From the IMG/VR virus record IMGVR_UViG_3300045929_000106, positions 1-63,198 of that record: DNA of 63,198 bases; one strand, given 5' to 3'. The notes below the pieces were generated by a model. That model saw only the letters and a program-made list of their open reading frames with translations. It did not search any database and was not told the origin of the DNA. The stretch is from a virus (Duplodnaviria; Caudoviricetes). The position numbers were made by a program, and so were the translations under genes. Every line of letters starts with the position of its first letter. The stretch's first letter is position 1. This document shows positions 55,071 to 63,198 of this stretch, piece after piece.

Positions 55071-55624
55071 GTAACACCTCCTGAGAGTTAGATTAGCGGA
55101 AATTCAACCAGTAAGAGGGATTTTTTTTAGGGATATGCGAAATCAGCCCGCGCCGCGCGCGGGCCCCCGGGACCCCTTGGACAATCGGCGGGAACCCCCG
55201 CCAGCAGGCCCCAGGAACGATAAGAGCCCATATCGCACAGGGTTTAGCAGGCACACCGGGCCCAGGATCGGCACGCTTACCGTGGCCGTCCTGACTGACA
55301 TGCTGGTGTCTGATCTGACAGCGTGTCCTAAAAGCTTAGGACACATGCCCGTATACGGTGCAATACACCGCTAACGTTAACGGTAAAGTAAGGGAAATAC
55401 GCCACTTTGCAGAATAAAGCGATGTATTCGCTTTTTATGCGCTTTGTTGTCAAGTAGTTAACTATAGTTAAGACGGCGGTATTCCACAGTTTTCTTTCGT
55501 TTGTTATCAACAAATCGGTACTTTGCATGTAAAAAGACAGCCGTTGATAAACGCAGATACCGCACAAGGGTAGATAATGGTCATGCCGTGCTTATCATCC
55601 ACGGCAGAAACGGAGCAACACACG

Positions 55625-56421
55625 ATGAAACGAACCGCCCGCGCTATCAAAGTTAACCGCCCGAAAGGCTACCGGACCATCCTCACGTCAGCAGACGCTA
55701 AGACCGTGAAAGGCGAGAAACTGGGCTATCGCACCGGTATCTTTTACGGAGCCCCGGTAACGAATCCGGCGTCATGAACACTTGCACGTACGCCAGTGCC
55801 GAGTGCTTAGAGGCGTGCCTCTTTACTGCCGGTAGGGCGGAGTACCTGCCGAGCATCATTGAAGCCCGGGTCGCCAAGACCGTATTTCTCCATGAGAACC
55901 GCGCGCTGTTCCTGGAATCGGTGCAAGCGGATCTTCGTTCACTCCGCAACTACTGTATAAAGCACTCTACCCGTAAAACCCCCATGACTCCCGCAACACG
56001 TCCTAACGGAACCACAGATATGGCATGGCTCGGCATGTGGATCGCTGACAACAACCCCGATATTCAGGTGTACGACTACACGAAGCTTCCCAAGGCGTGG
56101 TTGCGCGTGCGGTCTAACTATCACCTGACGTTCTCTTACTCCGGACACAACCTGTCCGACGCTATAGCATGCCTTGCGCATGGCGTAAACGTGGCGGTAG
56201 TGTTTGATACCCGTAAAGGTCGCAAGCTTCCCGAGTCCTGGAACGGGTATACGGTCATTGACGGCGATATGCATGACCTGCGCTTCTTGGACCCCAAGGG
56301 CGTTGTAGTTGGCTTGCGCGCGAAAGGGAAAGCCCGCAAGGTAGACAGCGCGTTTGTGGTCAAGACCAATGGAACGGCGCCTATCGGTCAGAAGCCCGCG
56401 TTCGTTACGTTTGCAGCGTAG
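55625..56421 (+). pseudogene. GP88-like protein interrupted by a 1-nt frameshift at ~55751-55755
   Basis: Frame 1 gives KTVKGEKLGYRTGIFYGAP; the -1 frame continues GNESGVMNTC..AS.EC...CLFTAGR, RPNGTTD, YDYTK, NYHLTFS, VIDGDMHDLRFLDP. Confidence 0.65.
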
Positions 56422-56444
56422 TAAATCGAAAGGACACAAACACA

Positions 56445-56612
56445 ATGAATACCCGTTACCACAAAGCAGGCAATACCTGGAACGCAATGACATACACTGA
56501 CCGCGCCAATTGGCTACTGAGCGTAGGCCAGTATCCCGCATGGCAGACAGAGTCTTGGTGGCATTTGCCTACGTCTATTCGGAGCGCCTTTATCGCGCAT
56601 CTGACCCAATAG
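56445..56612 (+). CDS. Hypothetical protein (55 aa)
   Basis: Hand-read MNTRYHKAGN... after the conserved start motif. Confidence 0.55.
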   Translation: MNTRYHKAGNTWNAMTYTDRANWLLSVGQYPAWQTESWWHLPTSIRSAFIAHLTQ

Positions 56613-56690
56613 CGCGCTAGGGGCCTGTTACGCGCGGTAATAGGCCCCACTGAGCGCTGTTAGGCTCCAATCGAAAGGACACTGACGAAC

Positions 56691-56987
56691 ATGACATTTG
56701 ACGAACGTAAGCGAGTAAGCGAAATGACGGATGCGGCTGTCTGGTGGCAGCATATGCCCCGCTGTCGCGCATGTGATGCTGGCCTTAATTCGCTTGCTTA
56801 CCATGACTGCCAGCACAAATGGGTGGAAGTAGCCTCTTACCAGAATGGCGACAGGCTGATGCGGCTGTTTCGGAAAGACTCCGAATGGCGCATGACCGGC
56901 AGCCCCTATGGTGACCATAGCTTGTCTGACGCAAGCGACACGCGCGCCATGGCCCATTGGCAGGGATACCGCCACCAGACGCGGTAA
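56691..56987 (+). CDS. Hypothetical protein
   Basis: Follows the conserved start motif. Confidence 0.6.
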   Translation: MTFDERKRVSEMTDAAVWWQHMPRCRACDAGLNSLAYHDCQHKWVEVASYQNGDRLMRLFRKDSEWRMTGSPYGDHSLSDASDTRAMAHWQGYRHQTR

Positions 56988-57060
56988 TTGCTCACGGCAT
57001 GCCGTGGTCAATACGCGCGCATGCCAGGGGGCTGTTACCCCTATATCGAAAGGACACCTT

Positions 57061-57513
57061 ATGCATACGACTCAAGAGTGGTACAAGACCTACCGGACGC
57101 GCGGCGAGAAACCCGCCCGCGCCCTCTATCTCGCGCGCCTGTCGCGCGCCTCCGAGGCCGAGAATGAGGCCCTTTTGTCGCAACTCTCCAGCCCTTCCCG
57201 CGCCCGGGTGGAGCGGTTCGTGGATGACTTTATCCGCTCGCGCGAGGTCGAATGCCTGACCTCCGAGCGGGACTCCGACTTCTATAACGATCCCGAGCGG
57301 GCCGCGCGCGTCCACAAGGCTGCCGAGTACGGGTCTGACGGGAAGTATCACGCCGAGGTCATTCAGGACTGGCGGGACGCCTTTAGCGCATGGGTGCGTG
57401 ACCGCAAGTCTTGGGCCGAGTGCCAGCGCTTTACAGCCGCTGTAGAGGCCTCGTTTACCGCCACCGAGTTGTGGCACGAGTTCAACGGTTCGCTGGATCA
57501 GGAAATCGGCTAG
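57061..57513 (+). CDS. Hypothetical protein
   Basis: ATG 57061 after the conserved start motif. Confidence 0.6.
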   Translation: MHTTQEWYKTYRTRGEKPARALYLARLSRASEAENEALLSQLSSPSRARVERFVDDFIRSREVECLTSERDSDFYNDPERAARVHKAAEYGSDGKYHAEVIQDWRDAFSAWVRDRKSWAECQRFTAAVEASFTATELWHEFNGSLDQEIG

Positions 57514-57540
57514 TAACTAATCGAAAGGACACCAACTAAC

Positions 57541-58017
57541 ATGGAAACGACTATCAATCGCAACCTGTTGCTGCACGCTGTCGGGCGCGCGATCACCTGC
57601 CCCCAGTGCGCCTCGCGCCACGTTCTGGACGCCCCCGCCTCTGTGCTGGTCACGCTCACCCCTACAACCTCTGACCCCGCGCTCAATACCACGCGCGAGT
57701 ACGTCATGTGCGGCCAGTATTGGGACACGGTGAAACACGCCATGTTCGACATTTGGGGCTCGCAAGTGTCCGTGCTGGATGGCCGGGAGTTGTTCCCGGC
57801 CCCCGCCACCTCGCGCAGGAAGCCCCGCCCGAGGCCCCAGACGGCCCACAAGCGCACGGACCCCTACACCGGGCCCTTTCCCCGCAAGCGGCACAGCCAC
57901 CGCTGCAAGGGCTGTGAGGCTCATGGCCAGTACAACGCTGTCGCCTGCTATAAGCAGCGCTGCACGTGCCCGCAACTGACCGAGGCCTGCTCGTGGTGCC
58001 GCCGGGAGGTGAAGTAG
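57541..58017 (+). CDS. Cys-rich hypothetical protein
   Basis: CPQC, CKGC, CSWC; follows the start motif. Confidence 0.6.
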   Translation: METTINRNLLLHAVGRAITCPQCASRHVLDAPASVLVTLTPTTSDPALNTTREYVMCGQYWDTVKHAMFDIWGSQVSVLDGRELFPAPATSRRKPRPRPQTAHKRTDPYTGPFPRKRHSHRCKGCEAHGQYNAVACYKQRCTCPQLTEACSWCRREVK

Positions 58018-58018
58018 C

Positions 58019-58408
58019 ATGGCGCGAACCAACTACACGCGCATGGCCCTGGCCCGCGTGATCAACGAGAGCGGGGTCGCCGCTGACCCCCGCCCGAATA
58101 TCGCGGGTGTCATGGTCACCAATGCCTGGAACAAAGCCAAAGCGGCGGGCCTGCTCCGCCCGCTGACCGGGGAGGAACTCCAGCAGTATCTCGGCAACCG
58201 GCGGGGTGTGCGCGCGGTCCTGCTGGCCATGCTGGGCGCGGCGGCAGAGGACGAGGCCCGGAGCCTGCTCTGGCATAGCTTGGAGCCCAGTTACCAGCGC
58301 TGCTCTGAGGCCCTGGAAGGCGTGGTCGCAGAGATCTCGCACGTGCGCAATGGACGCGGGTTCTGGACGCTGACCGAGGCCGGTCTGGCGCAATTGGAGG
58401 CCGAGTAA
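58019..58408 (+). CDS. Hypothetical protein
   Basis: GGAGGT RBS; C-terminal WTLTEAG (wHTH-like). Confidence 0.55.
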   Translation: MARTNYTRMALARVINESGVAADPRPNIAGVMVTNAWNKAKAAGLLRPLTGEELQQYLGNRRGVRAVLLAMLGAAAEDEARSLLWHSLEPSYQRCSEALEGVVAEISHVRNGRGFWTLTEAGLAQLEAE

Positions 58409-58649
58409 TGGTCGCTTACGAGTGGCTGGTGGAGACCATGGACGGCGAGGATATCGCGGACGTGTCGCACTGGGACACCCTCGCCCAGGAAAAGCGTCTC
58501 GCGCGCCGAAAGGCTGTGCGGAAGTAGCCGAGCCCAATGCGTAGGCCAGGGCGCTTAGCCCTGGCGCTACGCAGGTAGGGCGACCCTACGGCGTGGACAA
58601 AGCGCGAATAGGGCGATCCTACGGAACGATTCAATCGAGAAAGGACACC

Positions 58650-59093
58650 ATGACATACGAAGCCAAGATAGAGACGCCGCAGGGGCTGGAGACGGTCCAC
58701 TGCACAGACGAGCAGATCGACATGCTCCCGCCGTCTAGCGGGGCCCGTATCCTGCGCGACGAGCAGCGCGCGGGAGTTTACGTGTCTGACGCGGAGATCG
58801 CGCGCCAGTATCACCGGGAGGCCCCCATGCGCGAGGCTGAACGCGCGGGCGAGGCGCGCGGCTGGAAACCCGCCATCCGCTGGCCGCAAGCGCCCGTGGA
58901 CGCCGAGGTCTGGTTCCAGATCGAGTTCAGCCCCAAGGGCGCGAATGACTGGGCCCTGGTGGACGGCCAGACCTGGGAACTGCTGGCGAACGCCCGCGCC
59001 GTTATGCGCAACCTCGCCAACATGCACGTCATTCACGGCGACGTGGAGTATCGCGTGGTCCGCAAGACCGTCACCACGGAGGTGGCCGAGTGA
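58650..59093 (+). CDS. Hypothetical protein
   Basis: ATG 58650 after the start-motif variant. Confidence 0.6.
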   Translation: MTYEAKIETPQGLETVHCTDEQIDMLPPSSGARILRDEQRAGVYVSDAEIARQYHREAPMREAERAGEARGWKPAIRWPQAPVDAEVWFQIEFSPKGANDWALVDGQTWELLANARAVMRNLANMHVIHGDVEYRVVRKTVTTEVAE

Positions 59094-60067
59094 CCGCTGA
59101 AGTGATCACCATCCCCCAGAGACAGCCCGTCGAAGCCTTGATCGAGGTAGCCCTCGCCACCTGCGAGAGCCCCGAGACGCGGCGCTCGTACTCGACGCAA
59201 CTTCGCAAGTTCATCGCGTCTGGACGCCCCCTCACCCGCGAGGGGGTGGCCTTCTTCCTCCAGGCGCAGCGGGAGGCCGGGAACGGCCCCGCCACGCTCT
59301 CCTCGTGCCTCGCCGCCATCCGGCGGCTGGTGGCCGAGGCCCACGTTCGCGGCCTCGTCAGCGATGCCGAGTATTACGGGATCGGCCAGTTGAAGTCGGG
59401 CAAGGTCTACAAGAACCGGCGGGGGTTGTGGCTCACCCTCGCGCAAACCAAGCAACTGCTGGCCCTGCCCGATAGAGCCGCCTACTGGGGCAAGCGGGAC
59501 GCCTGCCTGCTCTCGTGCATGATCGGCTGCGGGTTCCGCCGGGAGGAGATGGCCCGCCTCCGCTGGTCGCACTACCAGGAACGCGAAGGCCGCATGTGTT
59601 GGGTGGATTTTGTGGGCAAGGGCCGGAAGCAGCGCACCGTGCCGGTGCCCTCGTGGGCCCAGGCCGACATCGACGCCTGGAGGGAAACGGCGCTCAACGA
59701 GCCCCATCCGCCGCGCCCCGCCGGGACCGAGGCCAACCCCCGCTACGCGCTCGACAACGAGTACGTGATGCAGGGCTACGCGGCCTTCTCGCTCTACCGG
59801 ATCATCGAACGCTACGGCGAGAAGCTCGGCCTGGACCTCGCCCCCCACGATCTCCGGCGCACCCTGGCGCAACTGTTGCGCAAGTCCGGGGCCCCGCTGG
59901 AGCAGATCCAGCACACGCTCGGCCACGAGAAGATCGCGACCACCGTCATCTACCTGGGCGCGTCCCTAGAGCTGGCCCCCGGCGCCGCCGCCGTGGACAA
60001 GATCGCTCTAGGGATGCCCGCCACAGGCCCCCAGACGCCCCAGGGTGCGCCGGGAGGTGCCCGGTGA
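59090..60067 (+). CDS. Second tyrosine recombinase (XerC/D-like, no arm-binding domain)
   Basis: GFRREE, GKGRKQRTVP, PHDLRRT, LGHEKIATTVIY: complete R-K-H-R-H-Y set. Confidence 0.9.
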   Translation: MTAEVITIPQRQPVEALIEVALATCESPETRRSYSTQLRKFIASGRPLTREGVAFFLQAQREAGNGPATLSSCLAAIRRLVAEAHVRGLVSDAEYYGIGQLKSGKVYKNRRGLWLTLAQTKQLLALPDRAAYWGKRDACLLSCMIGCGFRREEMARLRWSHYQEREGRMCWVDFVGKGRKQRTVPVPSWAQADIDAWRETALNEPHPPRPAGTEANPRYALDNEYVMQGYAAFSLYRIIERYGEKLGLDLAPHDLRRTLAQLLRKSGAPLEQIQHTLGHEKIATTVIYLGASLELAPGAAAVDKIALGMPATGPQTPQGAPGGAR

Positions 60068-60456
60068 CCGAGAAGCGCCCGCCGTTCACCCACAAAATCG
60101 CTGACGGGTTGGTGATCGCCACCCGCTACTACCTCCAGAACGTGACGGTGCGGGGTGGCGACAACAACGACATGGAGTTGTGGGAAGCGGTGGCCGCCGC
60201 CGCCGAGTGGGTGCGCAAGTTTCTCGACTGGACCGAGAAGCACAAGGGGCGGATGCCCACGCTCGCGCAGCCCAAGCTCGGCCCGCATAAACGGCGCGGA
60301 CGCCCGCCCAAGCCGGTCAAGAAAATCGCGCCCAAGATGCAAGAGGCTATCGAGGAGCGCAGGAAGTCGAATCTCGTGAAATGGCCGGGAGTCGAGGCCA
60401 TGCTGAAAGCGCGCCGGGAAAAGCGGGAACGCGAGAAGGGAGAAAAGAGCCAATGA
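60064..60456 (+). CDS. Basic protein with an AT-hook-like motif
   Basis: KRRGRPPK; GTG start overlaps the recombinase stop. Confidence 0.55.
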   Translation: MTEKRPPFTHKIADGLVIATRYYLQNVTVRGGDNNDMELWEAVAAAAEWVRKFLDWTEKHKGRMPTLAQPKLGPHKRRGRPPKPVKKIAPKMQEAIEERRKSNLVKWPGVEAMLKARREKREREKGEKSQ

Positions 60457-60626
60457 CCCCCAAGGCCCTCCGGTGGTGGCTGGAGGAGTGGCACAAGGCC
60501 GCCGCCCTCGCCTGCTACTACCGGTGCCCGCTGACCGTCACGCAATTCTGCGCCTCGCGCGGCCTGGAGGAACTAGAGCGGAACCAGTTGCTCGCGTTTT
60601 TCCAGGCCTGTGGAGTTGAGGTATGA
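60453..60626 (+). CDS. Hypothetical protein
   Basis: ATGA-coupled ORF. Confidence 0.5.
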   Translation: MTPKALRWWLEEWHKAAALACYYRCPLTVTQFCASRGLEELERNQLLAFFQACGVEV

Positions 60627-60749
60627 CCCGCCGGTCCCAGGCGTGCGGCGTCGAAGTTTAACCCGCCCCTGCCCGCCCCCGCCCCTTAGTGAGTATAGGG
60701 GGTAGGGGGGTGCAGGGGGGAAGGGGGAGTTACTCTTCAACCCCCGCCC

Positions 60750-61007
60750 CTACCTTCCCCCGTTCAGGAACCTCTCAAACTCCCGCGCAAACTCAGTCAG
60801 TGTGATCCCGAGGGCCGTCACGATCTTGTACACCGTCTCCAGGGTAGGCGAGTGCTGGCCCCTCTCCAGATCGGACATGTAGGCCCTGTCCAAGCCCGCC
60901 GCGTGCGCCAGCTTCTCCTGCGACAGGTTCCGGTCCCACCGGAGCTTGCGCAGCGCCCTGGTGAACGCCCGCCGGAGTGCGGGTTTGGAGGGAAGCTTCT
61001 TCGACAT
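60750..61007 (-). CDS. XRE-family HTH repressor
   Basis: LRKLRWDRNLSQEKLAHAAGLDRAYMSDLERGQHSPTLETVYKIVTALG. Confidence 0.9.
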   Translation of the reverse strand: MSKKLPSKPALRRAFTRALRKLRWDRNLSQEKLAHAAGLDRAYMSDLERGQHSPTLETVYKIVTALGITLTEFAREFERFLNGGR

Positions 61008-61101
61008 GGAAGGCCCCCTTAGTCTATACGCCGGTTGTGAAAAACCCCACAAGGTTTACCCCGTCGGCGGATGTGCCACATTTTTCGACTAGCTAATTAC
61101 T

Positions 61102-61162
61102 GTAGATGCGCACGCGCGCGAGCCGGAACAGGAGCCACTAGGTAGATGCGCACGCGCGCGAG
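61102..61162. repeat. 21-bp direct repeat
   Basis: GTAGATGCGCACGCGCGCGAG at 61102-61122 and 61142-61162. Confidence 0.85.
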
Positions 61163-61553
61163 GAAAACTCGCGGATTTACGCTAACAGAAAAATCATGCC
61201 TCATGGGGCAGGGGGGGTCATCTCTGTTATAGAATTGTCACCGTCAGAAGGGAACACCATGCGTTTTTCACTGAATTCCTCCCCTCCACAAACACGCCCA
61301 AACCACTCCAAAGGCCCGTAAACATTGGCTGGCAGGGCCCCGTTCCCCTTCGACAACCCGCAGCTCGCCCCGGCGGTTTCACCCTGGTAGAACCTCATCG
61401 AATTAACGACTAGGAAAATGATCGAGCCCCGGGCAACTGTTAGTATACTGGAAGAATAATATAGATATAGTAGTTATACACAGCAAAATCACAGAAGCTC
61501 ACCCTTATATATGGAAACGGAACGGCAACTATTTTTTATAGGAGAGTATATAA

Positions 61554-62021
61554 ATGAGATCTGACACACTCTGGGGCTCCCGCCGGAACACGGCCAAGCA
61601 CCGCTGGGGACACCTGACCCTGGACCGGGAATACCGGGAAGATGTCATGAAGGTGAACAAGCTGACCGGCGAGGAGTACGTCGCGGACAGCGAGGGCCCG
61701 GTCATGTGGGATCTCTCCTGCGACTGCGGCCACGAGTTCACGATCCCGCTCAAGAGCTTCCCCGGCAGGCACGCGATGCGCTCCTGCGGGCGCGACGAGT
61801 GTCCCCACGCCATGAAGAGCGAGCGCAAGCGCAACCGGCCCAAGGCCCCGCGCGGCAGGCCCGCCAAGGCCAGCGACGGGCGCGGCCAGACGATCTACAT
61901 GGGGGCCGCCTTCCGCGCGAGCCTGGAAGCCTACGCCAAGCGCAAGGGGCTGACGCTTTCCGCCGCTATGGTGAATCTGGCCGAGGCCGCCCTGGAGCGC
62001 GCCCTCCTGGAAGAAGAGTAG
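61554..62021 (+). CDS. Zn-binding domain plus ribbon-helix-helix-like DNA-binding protein
   Basis: WGHLT...WDLSCDCG...SCG (as in HNH/AP2-associated domains), RGRP, C-terminal QTIYM....RASLEAYAKRKGLTLSAAM. Confidence 0.6.
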   Translation: MRSDTLWGSRRNTAKHRWGHLTLDREYREDVMKVNKLTGEEYVADSEGPVMWDLSCDCGHEFTIPLKSFPGRHAMRSCGRDECPHAMKSERKRNRPKAPRGRPAKASDGRGQTIYMGAAFRASLEAYAKRKGLTLSAAMVNLAEAALERALLEEE

Positions 62022-62022
62022 C

Positions 62023-62087
62023 GATATAACAGTTATATAAATTCGTTGAGGTAGCAACACGAATTAAATAACAGTTATATAAATTCG
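62023..62087. promoter_or_regulatory. Two operator-like palindromes (ATAACAGTTATATAAATTCG x2)
   Basis: 20-bp direct repeat at 62026-62045 and 62068-62087, each centred on ATAAC-A-GTTAT. Confidence 0.7.
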
Positions 62088-62154
62088 CCTTCGTTTTTCC
62101 TACTCGTGAAAATCAGCAGTTTCCCCAATCCTTCGTTTGTACCTTCGCTTTGAC

Positions 62155-62183
62155 TTGACCTCCCGGTGTAACTCAAATATGCT
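62155..62183 (+). promoter_or_regulatory. sigma70-like promoter of the cro/ParB/replication operon
   Basis: TTGACC-17 bp-TATGCT. Confidence 0.6.
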
Positions 62184-62238
62184 AGTCGGATGATTTTTGC
62201 TCTCCCCCAAATCGCCATGGAGCGCGTCGAGGAGAGAG

Positions 62239-62604
62239 ATGCAAACAGAATGCGCCCCCCAGCCAGTATCCTGGGGCCCGCCGCCAATCACCGTGCCGCA
62301 GAAATACCGCCCCTCGTCCAACCGGGGAAAGCGGGTTCCCGGCTGGGAGGACACCAACATCACCACGCTGGCGCTCGACATGGGGGTCAGCTACCGCTAC
62401 CTGCTGGGGGTTTTGACCGGCCAGCGCAATACGACACTGGCGATGCTCCAATCCGCCGCCAACTGCCTGGGAATCGGGCTACCTGCGCTAGTGGCGCGGA
62501 TGGAGCAGGCCTGCCGATTGAAGCTTCTTGAGGCGGCCAACTCGCCTGGAAAGGCCGAGCGCCGTCGCATCCGAAACGAACGAAGGGCTATCCGGGCGCA
62601 GTAG
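62239..62604 (+). CDS. Cro/XRE-like HTH regulator
   Basis: ITTLALDMGVSYRYLLGVLTGQRNTTLAMLQSAANCLGI; GAGGAG RBS. Confidence 0.75.
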   Translation: MQTECAPQPVSWGPPPITVPQKYRPSSNRGKRVPGWEDTNITTLALDMGVSYRYLLGVLTGQRNTTLAMLQSAANCLGIGLPALVARMEQACRLKLLEAANSPGKAERRRIRNERRAIRAQ

Positions 62605-62669
62605 ATGGCTGCCGCTCGGAAGCGTAATGCTGGCCGCACTCGCTGGCCAGATCGAACCGAGGTTTCCAC

Positions 62670-63198
62670 ATGAGCGGCATCCAATCAGCCCAGATTGGCG
62701 AAGAGGTAGTGCTTCTCCTCCCCTCCGAAATCCAGACGATCTCCCGCTATAACGTCAGGCCGTTTTCCTCCTCCGCATCGAGCGAAGACGAAGACAAGCG
62801 CATCGAGCAGTTGGCCCTCTCCATCGAGACGCAGGGCCAGTTCGACAGCGTCCTGATCACCCCCGAGCATGTGTTGGTGGCCGGTCACCGCAGGCGGCGC
62901 GCGGTGATCCTGATCAACGAGCGCAGATCGGCGCGCGGCAGGAGCCTGCTCCGGCTGGTGTGCGCGGTGGACCGCACGGGCGGCGACATGCGGCGCAAGG
63001 CCATCCAGAGCAACCTGCAGCGCCGCCAGACCTCCGTGATGGACCTCGCCTACCTGATCGTCCAGATCCGCGAGGAAAACGACTGGAGGGCCTGGAAGGG
63101 CACCCAGCAGGTGGCTGCCTACCTGGGGATCGATCCGTCCACCGTGGTGGCCGCCGAGCGCTTCCTGGGGGCGGAGAAAGACCTCCAGAACAGGCTCC
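62670..63198 (+). CDS. ParB/Spo0J-like protein, N-terminal part (continues across the junction; ~343 aa in total)
   Basis: Hand translation MSGIQSAQ...IEQLALSIETQGQFDSVLITPEHVLVAGHRRRRAV...IQSNLQR shows ParB N-domain motifs (GxRR box); open to the window end. Confidence 0.8.
   Translation, partial: MSGIQSAQIGEEVVLLLPSEIQTISRYNVRPFSSSASSEDEDKRIEQLALSIETQGQFDSVLITPEHVLVAGHRRRRAVILINERRSARGRSLLRLVCAVDRTGGDMRRKAIQSNLQRRQTSVMDLAYLIVQIREENDWRAWKGTQQVAAYLGIDPSTVVAAERFLGAEKDLQNRL
63052..63198. repeat. Terminal redundancy, copy 2
   Basis: Matches 1-147; joining the ends restores one open ParB-like ORF. Confidence 0.95.

Larger units (their letters stand above)
56424..58648 (+). promoter_or_regulatory. 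Repeated gene-start motif ATCGAAAGGACAC (5 copies)
   Basis: At 56425, 56670, 57045 and 57520, with variant ATCGAGAAAGGACAC at 58634; each lies 1-8 nt before an ATG. Confidence 0.8.

Noticed and set aside
1-63198. tRNA genes, reverse transcriptase/DGR, DNA polymerase, methyltransferase
   Set aside because: No supporting motifs recognised by eye; absence not confirmed by search

Overview
The window looks like a complete, circular ~63.05-kb temperate tailed-phage genome. Bases 1-147 repeat at 63052-63198, and the junction falls inside a ParB-like gene. It is GC-rich and probably podovirus-like, since no tape measure or sheath gene is seen and it carries adaptor, nozzle and ejection-type genes. 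An Acidobacteriota host is suggested only by the style of several proteins. Layout: (+) replication/recombination arm (Cro-like HTH, ParB-like, AAA+ ATPase followed by iteron-like repeats, PD-(D/E)XK nucleases, Sak4-like ATPase, ERCC4 nuclease; 62.2 kb through the junction to 10 kb). (-) Morphogenesis arm (DUF3008-like, TerS-like, a large terminase split into two genes, KTSC, portal, scaffold, major capsid, adaptors, nozzle, Asp-box and collagen-like fibres, two glycosyltransferases, ejection proteins; 47.5 to 10 kb). Then integrase/excisionase with a likely attP, small (-) accessory genes, and a (+) early cassette region with a frameshifted GP88-like gene, a second tyrosine recombinase and an XRE repressor. 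The most striking feature is at 8082-8973: a stand-alone Cas7/RAMP-like gene followed with no gap by ~40 pentamers of a near-constant GGY triplet plus a variable NN dinucleotide, and then a hairpin-rich tail. This is a candidate phage-encoded RNA-guided system with a non-contiguous guide code and no CRISPR array or other cas genes. All calls are by eye from motifs and synteny; no database searches were run.
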